This document shows positions 1-13,700 of a stretch of 33,288 nt of DNA, piece by piece. Both the position numbers and the translations under genes were made by a program. The stretch comes from Acanthaster planci (lineage: Eukaryota), in NCBI RefSeq assembly GCF_001949145.1, contig NW_019091361.1:1556374-1589661 (forward strand), given 5' to 3'. The first letter of the stretch is position 1; every line of letters starts with the position of its first letter. The notes beneath the pieces were generated by a model, which was not told the origin of the DNA, ran no database searches, and saw only the letters and a program-made list of their open reading frames with translations.

Positions 1-354
1 AATGCTTTTCAAGTGCACTAAATTTCAGATGCACTATTCACATCATAAATAAAACCCCAAGAAATACATGGTGTACATGGGGAAGATTTCGCTGTCAGGA
101 AAACTGGCTAAGAGTTTAAGGGACTCACTTTTGAGAATCTTTCAACAAAGTTTCTCTTCCCAACAATATTGTAATACATATGTGGTCCCAGAACACAATC
201 AACAAGATCTAAGGCACTCTATTAATAATCCAACTCATGATGTGCCTACTGCACTACATGTACACGTACGTTTTCAAGGTGAGGCCGAACTGAATTTTCC
301 TGTGAGGGACAAATTTGTTGCTGCAGCAGCCCATTATCCAAACAGCTCTCTTAC

Positions 355-507
355 CTTAAGCTTTCTCTTGGCATTGAATTCCTTGATGTTCTCTGCCAAC
401 TGTAGTGGTGCCTTGCTGACAGTGCCCTTGACCCATGGATGCTCCAAGGCCTGTGCAGCAGTCAGTCTCTTATTCCTGTCTAGGACTAGTAAGCTCTCGA
501 TGAAAAT
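355..507 (-). CDS. CAMK4: CaMKIV-like kinase, exon 7 (IFIESLLVLDRNKRLTAAQALEHPWVKGTVSKAPLQLAENIKEFNAKRKLK); gene continues beyond the window start
   Basis: ttcag acceptor and gtaaga donor, 153 nt, phase 0-0. Covers the kinase C-terminal end (KRLTAAQALEHPW) and the start of the autoinhibitory/CaM-binding segment EFNAKRKLK (CAMK4 EFNARRKLK). Confidence 0.94.
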
Positions 508-1101
508 CTGAACAGAGGGGGGAAATAAACGATGGCAAAAAAATTGAGAATTCAAAGGACTGGAAAGCTCTTGGTGAAGCTCTGACAGAAGGGAGGAAAT
601 AAAAATGTCAACAAACTCTGCAGTCTGTTCTAAACCAGTTTAGTAACTTCTGAGATGGGACACATTGGAAAGTGCCCACCATCAGGCACTTTGCCTCACC
701 CCTTTTTATTTTAATTGCATGCAAATATTTACATCAAGCACAAAAAGCAGGTTGCCTCCCTTCACACAAATTAGTTTAACCCCCTGTTCCCCCTGATATA
801 AGCTAGGCCCTCCAACAACCTCCAACCTCATTTCCTCAACATGACCTTTGTGGTGTTTTGTATGATTCTAGGACATGGATATACTATACAAGTTCGCATG
901 TACTGTACTAGTTCCACAGGTGTGGGGACCTCGCACGTATTGAAACGCAAATTTTGTGTGAACCAAAAATGTTAGGAGGAAACACTTTTGTCCCCCCCCT
1001 CCCACACTCACTCTGACTTTCCTAACAAAAGAAATTCCCTCAATGGGGTGATGACTTATCCAAATGTACTGGCATCACAGCTATGGGGACAACACAATAT
1101 G

Positions 1102-1259
1102 GGTGATTCACAATAGTGTGCCTCCAAGAGTTAGCAAAGCGTTGGCCAATCACAACAAGCGAAATCTGTCAACCCTTGCCAAATGGGGTTGACAGATTTT
1201 GCGCATCGTGATTGGTCAACGTGTTTCCAACTCTTAGAGGCGCACTATTGCAAATCGCT
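1102..1259. mobile_element. Fold-back palindromic element (MITE-like), about 74-bp arms and about 10-nt loop
   Basis: Left arm CAATAGTGTGCCTCCAAGAGTT...CCAATCAC...AAATCTGTCAACCC pairs with right arm GGGTTGACAGATTT...GTGATTGG...AACTCTTAGAGGCGCACTATTG. Mismatches are mostly transitions. Confidence 0.85.
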
Positions 1260-2238
1260 TGTATTGTTGAACAATAGTTATTTGGGGGTAAATTCAGTAT
1301 CGAGACAATGTTTGTCCCCACAGCCTCGTTCCAACATTTCCAATCAAGAGAAACCGTCCCTCAATTCAGATCACCAGAGTACAGGTGTGGACAGGCTAGG
1401 ACAAGCTATGGAGGGACTGAGAATAGATGCCTTTCAAGTCTCAATTTGTAACTTCCCTAATCAAAAATACTTCACAATACCATTACATTTAAAAGTTTTA
1501 CAGAGACAACATGTACGTACATGTACATGTACACGTGCTTTGCATCATGCACCCTGGCATGTGTTTAATCTTTACAACAGGGAACATTGAGCTGTTGTTA
1601 TGCCTTTTACTAAAGCAAATTAAAAATCCAATTGATTTAAGATTCCACGGAGACTCTGAAGTAAACATCCATTTCAAATTTGAAATATGGTTCGGATATC
1701 AGCCTGTAACAAATTTTCTTTTCAAGGGCAGAGCATGATATAATGCTGATGACCACCAGACAAAATTCATACAAGTTGTATCGATTCAAATTTCCACGTC
1801 CATTTGTAAATTCCAAATTCTACACCCATCTTAACTTCTTAGGCAAGCTTAGAATCTGCATCAGTTTAAGCATGACCACAGACCCCCCCCACATATACAT
1901 AACATTATCACAGCATTGACACCCAGGGAATAGCAGATCACATGACAATGCAATGGTATTCTATTTCCAACTCCCCCAGAATAGCCTACAAATCAACTGG
2001 TTCCCAGGAGACCCAACTCCATTGAAGAGCCGTAAATGAGCCAGGGGATGGATGGCGTCTCGAAGAAGCTGGAATTGAATTTCGTCGTAAGAGTTTAACA
2101 ATGAAAGAATCTTTGCTGCCTTCTGTCGTGGGCATCTAATACTTTAAGCATTCTATCTTTAGCTGCGGCTGGGCAGACTACCAGTTCAACGTACAAAAAC
2201 AAATGTGAATCGCACAGGAAATTTGTGGATGCCAACAA

Positions 2239-2352
2239 AAAAGACGGATCAAAAGACGGATGCAAAATGCTTGGGCAGTCACATTATGCATCCCCCTACA
2301 GGAGACTAAAAGAAATGACACGAAGACCAGAAGAAATGACAGGAAGACCAGA
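2239..2352 (+). repeat. Short tandem duplications (AAAAGACGGAT x2; 21-mer AGAAATGACA[C/G]GAAGACCAGA x2)
   Basis: Read directly at 2239-2261 and 2311-2352; probably a repeat-element remnant. Confidence 0.6.
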
Positions 2353-3195
2353 CAAACAAAAGTACAAGGGACAAATGCCATGTATGTATTTGGCACATGT
2401 ATACGTCTGAGGCTGTGAAACTACATTCACGTATCTCCCGATACAATAATTTGGATTTATCTGTTGATGTAATAATCTGGAAACCAAACTGTGCATCCAC
2501 TTCACACTCTAACACTGTGTGAGCTTATTTCTGGCAAAAAAATGAGCACATCATATAAGCCAAGCACTATTTCGAGCTGGAAAAAATTTTTTGAAAAAGG
2601 CAAAATTTACTGGTCAAATCTAAACAAAGAAGTTAAACACATTTTAACCAATTAAACAAGAAGAACTGCAATTCACTGCAGTCACTTTTGAGGCCTATGA
2701 CCTAAACATCGACAGGGACCCTCTATTTTTTTCACCCACATTTTTTAATAGGATGCCATGCAGCATGATCCAACAATTACCGACTACTGAGAGACAGCAC
2801 TATATCTGTTCAAAACTCTGCACCATAATTTGACTCTTGCAACACTTCCAGGTCCTGCCAGGGAGCTATATTTGCTTCAAATTAAGGGAGTGTATGCAGT
2901 CAAACAGTCACTGTCACCTCCATGGGCTTGTTCAAGTGAACAAGTTTTCAAATTGACCTGTCATCCACTACTGTGAACATAGATGTGTAACTTGTATGCT
3001 GTGGGACTTCACAGCAGGTTTACAAGCCCTCCAGACTGATTCATACCTTGACCAGAGAAAGTTGAGACTCAATTCCTATCACTGAAATCTCAAGGTGATA
3101 ACTTGAATGGTCTAGTCAAATTAAAACACTTGATAGAAACAAGCTACAAGTACATAAAACTTGAAAAAATTCAAAAACCCAATTGAATGTGACCT

Positions 3196-3415
3196 AGGTA
3201 ATTCCAGAAATTAGGGGTCCATTTTTTCGTGTCCCTGTCACATCTGACATATGATTTTGTAAGGTCAGAACACATTTTCTAATTTCCAAGAATAATTAAT
3301 TAATGCAAATTAACTGCCAGACAAATAGTAATAGTTTGAAATCAATTCCACTGACATTTCCATGTCAAATAAAAAAGGTCATGTTACACTTTTGGACCCC
3401 CTTCTAGAATTATTC
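3196..3415. mobile_element. MITE copy B (reverse complement of 26563-26798, more decayed, about 20-bp internal deletion)
   Basis: Shares long stretches with the reverse complement of copy A, e.g. TTTTTCGTGTCCCTGTCACATCTGACATATGATT, CAGAACACATTTT, CTAATTTCCAAGA and ATTTCCATGTCAA. Confidence 0.85.
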
Positions 3416-3546
3416 ACCAGAAAAAGTAAAAGAACCAGAAAGATTTTACTTCAGCATCCAGCTTTCACCTTTATAGAAGAAAAAAAAATGCTTTGACAAG
3501 CCAAGCCTTTAAAATTCTGATTTTATAGCCAGAGGCTTAATTTCTA

Positions 3547-3804
<258 letters not shown>

Positions 3805-4511
3805 TTATTAAAGTGAATGGGCTATCATTTCCTCTGTCTTCATTTTTTTGGGGGGGATGTTTTGTCAAGAGTTATGAATAAACACGCTAAAGCATAGTTG
3901 AGAAGAGCCCTCTAAGCTTGAGTAATAGGCAAATTAATGCTGTATGGCTGTTGGTGGCAGGGAGAAGAACATGTAATCTCAGCAGTGTTATAATCAACAA
4001 TGTCGGTGAACCATACAGATCTCCTTTCCTAATCAGAGATGCTATCAACTGATCTTCAACACATGTGGCTTCAATATGTTAAATTACCATTCTGCTCAGT
4101 AATTGCAGTAACTACATGTACATGTACATACACTAAAGTCTAACAAAGGCTTGCAAATGATACATGTACATGTTTAATATAGTCAGGCATGAAAATAATC
4201 CAGAGACTACGGAATTACCCTAAGGCAGAAGCTCTGACAAAAGTCAAACAGTATTGCTTTTATCTGTTTGCCATTCCTTTGTTTACATGACTTTGTACTT
4301 GTGGCATGCATGAACACAATGTACATGAAGATAACTGTCAAGGGAAAGAAGTGGTGTACGCTTACCGCCTACTTATGAACAGGTGCATGACAGAAAAAAA
4401 ACAATAGCTCTTTACAGGAAACTGAGTAGAAGTGAAATTAAAGACTCATTTTAAAACCACCAGCTTGAATAATGTCTGTGGCTGGCTGGTTTGTTGTAAA
4501 ACCCTAAGCTA

Positions 4512-4760
<249 letters not shown>

Positions 4761-5240
4761 TCAACACGACAAATAAAATTCTGTTTCCTACATGAACATC
4801 AGGAGATCCTTCAGGCAAAACAGAAACTTTGTGCATATTGGACGAACAATGTGAACTGATCCCCCTATGGATCATACTTACCGTAGATATTCAAAATATG
4901 ATCCATTCTTATCTTCCACTGATTTTAAGGGACAATGGCAGCAGCATAACATGACATTATTATTCACGGTTGAATCATAATAGAATATATGCACACATGT
5001 ATGCAGTCAAAATTTCTATTAGAATTTTGACATTCGATTCCTGAAATCTTGATGTTTCTTTCAATTACTCTTTCGTGGTGTAACTATGGATGTACACATA
5101 TTTGATTCAGGTATAAAATTTGTGAAACAGTTTGGTGTACGGGTATGTGACTTGATACATGAAATGATAGAACAAAAACTTAAGAGGGGCTTTCTGTGCA
5201 GGACTGTTGGTGATCGAATCATGAATCGGTAGACACGTAC

Positions 5241-5396
5241 CTTCACAGCACTACACAGCTGTCTGACAACATTGGCTGCATCTTTCTCACAGTAGTATCC
5301 CTGGGTAACAATGCGATCAAACAACTCTCCGCCCGTCACAAGCTCCAACACCAGAAACAGCTTCTCCTCTGTCTCAAAGATCTCCTTGAGTCTGAT
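5241..5396 (-). CDS. CAMK4: CaMKIV-like kinase, exon 4 (IRLKEIFETEEKLFLVLELVTGGELFDRIVTQGYYCEKDAANVVRQLCSAVK)
   Basis: ttag acceptor and gtacgt donor, 156 nt, phase 0-0. Contains the LELVTGGELFDRIV CaMK signature. Confidence 0.95.
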
Positions 5397-6991
5397 CTAA
5401 TTGGCCATGGGGGAAAACAAGAGAAAAAAAATAGCAGCCAGAACCAACTGTTCATGCTTACGCTTACAATGTACATGTTGGTGATTGCTCATAAAATTAC
5501 TGCTCAGACATTGTATATAGATTAGCTCAATTATATGTATTTTAAATTGAATGGTTTAATAGATGTCGTCAACCAGTCTTTTTCTTCTTATAAGAGGGCT
5601 AAATGCAGGCATTTCTACCACAATGCCACTTGCCCTGGGCATACAAATAATTAAAAAGAAGAAAAGAAATGTTAAAGCTGGTTTTTCCTGTGAAATAACA
5701 AACCACAAAAATGCTAAGAGGCTTGTTTTCTAACAATAATTCCCTGGAAGTTCTCTGATTACTTTATTAAAAAGTCTGCAGGAACCACACTTTGCTGGGT
5801 AAAACCATTGAGTACAGTTGTTTTTGGAGATTTTGCACGTCTCCACCATTACAAATCATGACAAGAATTACTAGCAGTAATGTACTTGTACTTACACATA
5901 ACTGAATGTACACAGAGAACTCTGCGATACAATTTGCACCCAATTTAATTTCCCACACTGCAGTACATATATTTAGCTGCTCCCGCCCATTGGACCGTGG
6001 AGCTTCATAGTTTGACAGGAGTCTCATCATGCTCTGCCCTTCACATTATCATGTGGGAGGGAGACTTCTTGCGGCTTTCAGCTTTCCTGCTTCCTGCTGC
6101 AATGCCAACACATTTCTATTGACTTTCCAATCTTTCCCGCGCCACTGCACTCACTGCACCTTCTCGGATTACATGAAAGCTCTGACTGTACATGTGTGTG
6201 ATATCAATGAATGATGATTTCTTCCCATGCACCACGTGAAAATGCTGAAGAGGGACTTATATTCACACGGACATTAAAAAGCCGAATTTATTACAAAACC
6301 ATCAAAATTACTACCTCCATAATATTTCAATTTTCAAATGAATACTACTTTGCAATTGTTCTATTTAAAAATACGCAGTATATTAAGAAAAAGAATATTT
6401 GAATTAAAAAAAAATGAGGAGAATTCAAAAACACATAGCTACAGTTCAGTACATGTACAGTAGATGCACATGTACCAGGATAAGAAAAAAATCAGCCTTG
6501 GGCAGAATGGAAAATAATCTAGGCTGGGATTCCCAGTGGATCGGTTTGGCTTGTGAATGACTTCTGCCTTTGAATTTTAAACAACTACAGTCGCAATTCA
6601 GTGGCCATGCAGGCACGGGTGAAATTCTGCCTGCGTTTTCTATCCGAACAAGTTTTGTCAGAAAAAGCAAGTGGTCAAAGATGATTCTCTCAGAATTCAA
6701 ACATACATGTATCTCACTGCATGGTGAAGACTGATTAAAATCAAGGAAAGATGATTTGCTTGAAAGACAGGGAAACTGTATCCCCCTGCTGATGAAAAAA
6801 TTGGTCTCATGCATTTTTTTCTCACCGGTGCAATAAAACCTTCAGTAAGTTGCTTTGCCACTAAGTAGAGGTACGCCATTTTGAGTATTATGTAGGCCTA
6901 TAAAACACTTATGGTAAATGAGCCATACTCCAAAGCAAACAATATACCTTTATAATGCAGTGAAAGTTCAGTTTATTCCAGTGTTACTTAC

Positions 6992-7054
6992 AATATTTGG
7001 GTGCTTGAGTTTGAGAAGAATGTCAGTCTCTGTTTTAACAACCTTGTGGTCAAC
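6992..7054 (-). CDS. CAMK4: CaMKIV-like kinase, exon 3 (VDHKVVKTETDILLKLKHPNI)
   Basis: cacag acceptor and gtaagt donor, 63 nt, phase 0-0. Contains the alphaC Glu and HPNI motif, matching CAMK4 VDKKIVRTEIGVLLRLSHPNI. Confidence 0.93.
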
Positions 7055-9860
7055 CTGTGTAAGAAAAAAAAAATTAAATCATTAAGTATACATGTACATT
7101 TCAAGGCGCAAAGAGTGAATAAATCTACAGCTATATATGTATGATGAACAGTGAATGCATAAATACAAATGGATAACATACATGTACGTGTACATACATG
7201 TACATGTACAATGTAGTTGGATTATAAACATGTACATACATGTATTTGCACTTGCTGAATGTGACAGGATTTATTTTCAGGTTTAAATCATTTGGAAAAG
7301 GCATTCTGTTCCGTGGCAGACCCTGTATTTACAAAAACAAGGGCATCCCGGGGTTTAAGTATGGGGGCACAGGGAGGTGAATCCGAACATGAGCCAGCAT
7401 TTCTGCCTTTAAACCTATTAACTAACCGGTTAAGAGCAAAAGAGAAAACAGTAAAAAACTGGGAGAAATTGAAACTGGTGAGACAGGGCAGGGTGCACCC
7501 CCTGGATCCACCATGGCTCTGATTTCCTCTAATGTTCATCGATTCATAAGCTTTGTTACAAAAGTCGATTTCCCCCAACCAACCAAAACGGGATGGATCG
7601 TCTCCAAGTCAGTGTAAATAATCTCTGTAAGTGTACCTCGTAGCTCAGACTTAAACGGATTCATCAAAATGGAGGAATGCAATTCAATGATATCAGTTTA
7701 CTGTACAACAAACGCATCATCTCAAGGACTCTTTTTACTGTTCTAAATTTCACAATGTTTCTCACTATCAGAAGAGAAAGAAGCTGAATTCTACAACACT
7801 GAATTCCCTGAGCAAATCCATGAAAGCGGAAGCACGCACCTGAAATAAATTTGCACAGATAAATATTTGGTATTTGGAGTTATCTTTTCAAGTGCATGTA
7901 CAATTTACTGCTGTACATGCACTGCTGTTACAGCACGTTTGTTATTTCATATGACGTCACTTTTTATTTTGTTATCTGAGATTATTATTCGTGTACTTCA
8001 CATATTGGAAGTTACACGTACAAGTATAATTTCAATGACGTCAATTAAGGGAATTTTTTTTTAAGCCTGTACTTAAAAGGTGAATCACAAGAAGTGTTTG
8101 CTTGTGAATGGTAAGATCTAGCTACAAACTGAAACAGTTTTTTGGTTGATCGTTCAATTAAACAAAACTAGTCCTTCGACAGGTTTGAGCTTTGCTCACG
8201 TGTTTTCTGCCACTCAAAAGGGTCAAGGTGCATAATCTCTATTTGGAACAACGCCAAGTTTATTGTATCTTCACAGAAGTTTGTGATGGAAATGCAAAGA
8301 ACACATGCAGCTGTGGCTTTATGGAGTTAATAATGTGGTGACTGCGCAAGAGTTACGCTTAAATGAGCTGGGTGTCCCATTTACATGACTATTTTTAAAC
8401 CTTGCAATTGGCTATTTAAGACTCACAGGTATATGTACATACATTTTCATACATGCGTATAAAAAAACAAGTACCAGGTATTTTACACCATAACATTTTA
8501 CATAATTCAATCAGAATTTCAGATTCTGTTTTACAAAGCAGGGTACAGGACACAACCATATTGATTTCACAGTTGGGATTACATCCACCCCGAGGGGGAT
8601 AATCAGAGCCATCATGCACTCCACAGTGAAACAAACCTATTGACTATCATCTCCTCTTTATACTTGGATCAAATTTATACAACATGATTCTATGGCTTCC
8701 ATGCAAATCCACCTTGCTGCCCAGGCCAAGGGGAACAAGCACAAGCATGATGCTGCACACGGAAGACTCTACAAAGTACTGAAAAGGGGAATCTCTGAAC
8801 AACAGCATTTCCCTCTATCGCAAGGACACTTTCTTTCAACACCGCTTTGTTGTTTTGCTGGCCACCAATTTATACCCCTTTCATCCTCGGGTCTGGTTTT
8901 CATGAGTTAACCCTTGCAGGTTTTGGTTTGGTTCACTGCAAGGAATTTTCATCATATTTAGTCACGAGTCCCTCTCAAAGTTAATCCATCAATTAAATCC
9001 TGCTCATCTGTATCCACTGAGTGTGAACACAAGACTATATCTATACTTGCATGTGTACATCAGTTTTATTCAGTCTGGAAGGAGAGGTCCAACATTATCA
9101 TGCCCCAATTTCCTGTTAGTTTCCAAATTGCCCAAATTCAACTGTCCGTTTTTCATTTGAGTTTTTCTTTCAGATATCACTTGTCTTTGGACTTTGGTAA
9201 ATGGAGTGATTTGATCGATTACCAGTAGCTTTCACATGTAAAACCGCCATATTTGTTTCACAGAACAAAAGGTTGGAACCTTTCACAGGGCAAACTTTGA
9301 CCAACGTGCCAGTTTTAAAACATGTTTATCTTTTTGGTCGATATTAATCTTCACATACAGGTAGAATTTGCTCCAGTGCCAGAAAATCATTGCTCAGGAT
9401 TGGTTAAACATTGCCAAGTCTGGAAACAAATCAACAATAGCACTACAGTCAATCTTATAAAAATATGTGACAATTACCGGTCCGTGTTGCCTTGTACCAG
9501 TACTCTGACAAAAAAAATTAAACCACTCAAGATGTTTGCAGGTGGAATAAGACAGTCACACAGACGAAGATAATAAATTGAAACTTGAACATTCAGGAAA
9601 CTTTGCCAGTCTTGAGAAGAACCTGCTGACATTTCAACTTCTACCGTAACAACGTTCACAGTGCTAATGAATACAAGCAAGAGGTGCCAAAAACTTTCAC
9701 ACAAAACTAGTCTCAAAATAAGACCTAAGCACCTTTTCTCTTGTTTAGAAATAAATCACAAAAATTTGTTATGAAACGGTGTTAAACTATACAGATGGAC
9801 AAGGAAATGTGGACAACGTGAATACATGTATGATTAACAAGATAATGCTGTATAACTTAC

Positions 9861-9939
9861 TGTTTTCTTGATGACTTTGACAGCATGTGCTTTATCTGTT
9901 CCTACTTGCGTACATCTCAGAACTACTGACGTTGCACCC
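9861..9939 (-). CDS. CAMK4: CaMKIV-like kinase, exon 2 (GATSVVLRCTQVGTDKAHAVKVIKKT)
   Basis: Not in the ORF track; read manually. ttttag acceptor and gtaagt donor, 79 nt, phase 2 to 0. Contains the GATS P-loop and the AVK catalytic Lys, matching CAMK4 GATSIVYRC...ALKVLKKT. Confidence 0.93.
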
Positions 9940-10395
9940 CTAAAACAGGGAAAGGAAAGAATAAAAAGAAGTGAGTTATCACAAATAAAGAACTAATTCT
10001 TACAGTCCTCCCAACTATGGGATAACTAAAACTTTCCAAATCTGGAAATATAATGTCATGAATATATAAATATAACTATCTGACAGACAACCAATTATAT
10101 TTTGCATCAGAGAGATGCAAATGTTTAATATTTGGTTTATCCTCTTTGCCAGCATATAGGCATTAAGAATCAACATTTTCCTGACACAACAATCACCAAC
10201 AGATTTGATTACAAATAACCGCTGTGTGTGCATGCCTTTGCAATGGATTCGAACTTCTCCCCAGTGCAAATCCATCCTTTGAAATAGTTGTTTGTGGTAC
10301 CCGCTGCTACATGTACATCTGACTTGAACCAGCCAGCCGACACTGGCAAGCTCGGTGATCGAGTGGTTATGACTATTTAATTTAAAGAAATATTT

Positions 10396-10730
10396 NNNNN
10401 NNNNNNNNNNNNNNNNNNNNNNNNNNNNNNNNNNNNNNNNNNNNNNNNNNNNNNNNNNNNNNNNNNNNNNNNNNNNNNNNNNNNNNNNNNNNNNNNNNNN
10501 NNNNNNNNNNNNNNNNNNNNNNNNNNNNNNNNNNNNNNNNNNNNNNNNNNNNNNNNNNNNNNNNNNNNNNNNNNNNNNNNNNNNNNNNNNNNNNNNNNNN
10601 NNNNNNNNNNNNNNNNNNNNNNNNNNNNNNNNNNNNNNNNNNNNNNNNNNNNNNNNNNNNNNNNNNNNNNNNNNNNNNNNNNNNNNNNNNNNNNNNNNNN
10701 NNNNNNNNNNNNNNNNNNNNNNNNNNNNNN
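10396..10730. other. Assembly gap (335 N) in CaMKIV intron 1
   Basis: Run of N. Confidence 1.
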
Positions 10731-13700
10731 CAGGCCTAATCCATGTGATTTTTTTCTCACAAACTCTTGCGAGTGGAAACCACATATCAAAAATAACTGA
10801 TAATCTGGGCCTTTTCCATTTGATGTTTGAATCCACTGATACAAAGTATTATCAAGACAATCAGTGGTGGATTCTTCTTCATTCATATTCAGAATCGTAC
10901 GCAGGTGCATGTGAGAAAGCTTGATTTTATTTTTGGCTAAAACCTGAGATGGCAAAGCTAATATTAAAAAATGGTCTTATTTCCAGTCAATAGTATTACT
11001 TTGACCACTTGATTCACTTCACACTGTATCCATTTTGCTGCGAGCTCACCATTGGCAATCTTCATAGATTTGTTTCCACTGACTGTGTAAAAACTATGTA
11101 CATATACAGTATATCCTTCACTGAGGGAATCCACAAAAATCTACATGTACACATATAATTAACATCTGGAGACTGATATTGAAAATTGAATTGAGACAAA
11201 TTAATGGACTGCATGTACGGACAATCTGCATATTAATTATCTGAATGCTGAGTGTACGAAGGTACATGTACATGTCAATGCACACGAAAAGGTTCTTCCT
11301 TTTAATAACTTGTGTATATTCATGCATCAATGTAACTGTAAATCCATGTGCTTTGGGCTTCAGTCTGGTCCAATGCATCACCCTCAAAAGGAAAAAAACT
11401 ATTTCCAGTGGTCCTTTTTGAGAGAAAACAATGGTCAAAGTAGACCTTTGACAATGGATCCAGAGAGGGGCACATCCAGTACATCCCAATTAACATTTCT
11501 TTCTTTTCTTGGAACCCAGGCTCCTTTTGCTGTAACCATCAAAAACAGTCAAAAATTCCTTCCACTTCCCCTGTACAGTACATACACATACCATATGCCA
11601 CTTGAGTGATTCTGACTGATAGGACAACTGTGTTGAGAATGCATCTTTGCATGGGAGGGTTTTAATTAATGTTCTTATTGAAGGGAGAGATAAATCTGCA
11701 TCCTGGTTTTCTCAATGGTTTGTTTTCGACGTGTTATATAAAACTAGTTTTTGAACTGTCGTTGATCTTAGATCTTTGTCTGTTTGTGTGTTATTTACTT
11801 CCATTTTCCTGAAACGAATGTCCAGCAAGTTTTCAACTGCCACTCAGGTGTCCCAGGCTACAGTATGTACGGTATACAAGAGTTATAATAAACAAAGCGG
11901 AAAAAATAAGGACACACACCTTGTCACACAAATTAACATGAAACAGGTACATGTACAATGTAGTTAGTACAGGTGAAGGGCCAATTTAAGGACTGAACAG
12001 CTTGCCTGGCAACTGTGATGTTCTTTAGTGGCCTAATAAATGAAGGGCAAATTTTATTTTGCTGACGCTTGAGTCATGTGACTTTACAACCATTGTCTAA
12101 TTTTGAACTGTTCTATTTTCCTGTGTAGAAAGTGCAACATCAGTACATGCACAACCTATTTAGCAAATTAGCTTCGATTTAAAAAGTTCTGAATATGATA
12201 AAAACAGTCTTGTTTATCCTGCAGGTTACTTGTGTACTCGTGAGTCTTGGTGTGCATTTCAAACATGCACACGTACTGTACAATGTACATGTTCACGTAC
12301 ACGAGCAGTTATAAATCAAAATGCCGTTGGTATATGTGCTGCAAAGCTGCATATTGATCCCCAGACATGGTGAAATGTAGTGCTTATGAACCATGGATAT
12401 ATGCAATGTACATCTACAGTACATGTACACATACATGTAGATCTTTTTTTTAAGATGGTGGAATATGGTATGGCAATTTTTTCGTGCAAGATTTTCAAGA
12501 TACATGTATATCGCTGCCCCCGGGCAATATACAGTGTGTTTTAAAGGCCAGTAGACTACATGTAGGGAGTCTCAGACATGTTACTTAAGAGGCAATATTG
12601 CATCTACACCATGCAAACGCATTCACAATTAAATCACTAGAGTTGTAGAATGTGCACACATGCATGCTGATGATCCGTGGACACAGCAGATGAATAAGTT
12701 TATTAGCACACAGCATGACTTGGCTATAGCTGACACATTTGATCAAGTCCGTTATACCTGTAATCCAATATGAATCAATTCTATTTTTTTTCTTTTCCAA
12801 TAAATTAAGTTACAAAGCCAGCCATGCACTGGTGACTGCCAGTCCAAATCTGGAGCTCAACATAAACCCTTCATTGCAGTGTTGAAGCCTCAACCATCTG
12901 GCTGGCCATAATGGCTGAAAGGGCCAAATAAAAATGAAACTATAATTACATGTACATGAACACGTAAGAAGCGCAGTTTGAAATTTCAACAATATGACAC
13001 ATCCTGATGTGTATGTTGTCATGTGATGGATAAACAATCGCTCATAATCATACATGTACATCATACATGTACTTGTACATGTAGGCCCTACCACTGGCTG
13101 CAATCCAGCTACTGCAAATCCATAACTACATGTATACGAATCATGAAAATCTTAACCAATTACCTTTTAGGGCTGAGTCAATTCTAATAATTTACTATTC
13201 GAATATTCGACCTTCAATTTAATCAAATATCCAAATATTCGGTCGTATCAATCGGCAGATTGTTGATGAACAAACCATAAACAAAATCAGTTGCAATAAC
13301 ACACACATTTGTACATCATAATCACTATAATACATGCAGCTTCTCACATGTAAGAGTATCTCTAGCCACGATTAAGCAAGATTTAAAAGATGAACAAGAT
13401 TTATAGCCCTGTCTAAAATTTTTATTCCCTTTCATTTGTTTGATGAATAATTGACTTTTTAAATCATTGTAAGATTTCAGAAGCTTTTCATTGGAATCTG
13501 CTTGAAACAAGCCTCCATAGTGATGTTTCTCATTTATAACAAAAGAAAATTTTCCCTTACTTTTCATGAATTTTGCATTCGAATATTCAAATTTGAAAAA
13601 TAATAAAATCAGAATAAAAGAGATGCGAGCATTAATTATTCCACATTCCAAATGCCGAGTGTTACATGTACAAGTATTAAACTGTTTCTCATCTTGGTTC

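Noticed and set aside
68..511. 147-aa plus-strand ORF (and similar antisense ORFs at 4573, 23857, 28979, 30579, 31425)
   Set aside because: Shadow ORFs antisense to real exons, with no recognisable motifs.
10015..10955. Long ORFs of 273 and 192 aa, and those at 20793-21056
   Set aside because: Artefacts of N gaps translated as X.
7491..11480. CCCCCTGGATCCACC (about 7498) and TGGATCCAGAGAGGGG (about 11455) as ends of one transposon
   Set aside because: They resemble common MITE termini but face outward relative to each other and lack a TSD; at most they are independent remnants.
13168..13660. TAGGGCTG-initiated element with repeated TTCGAATATTC (or heat-shock elements)
   Set aside because: Probably a decayed DNA-transposon remnant, but no matching right terminus was found, and the motifs have only two HSE units.
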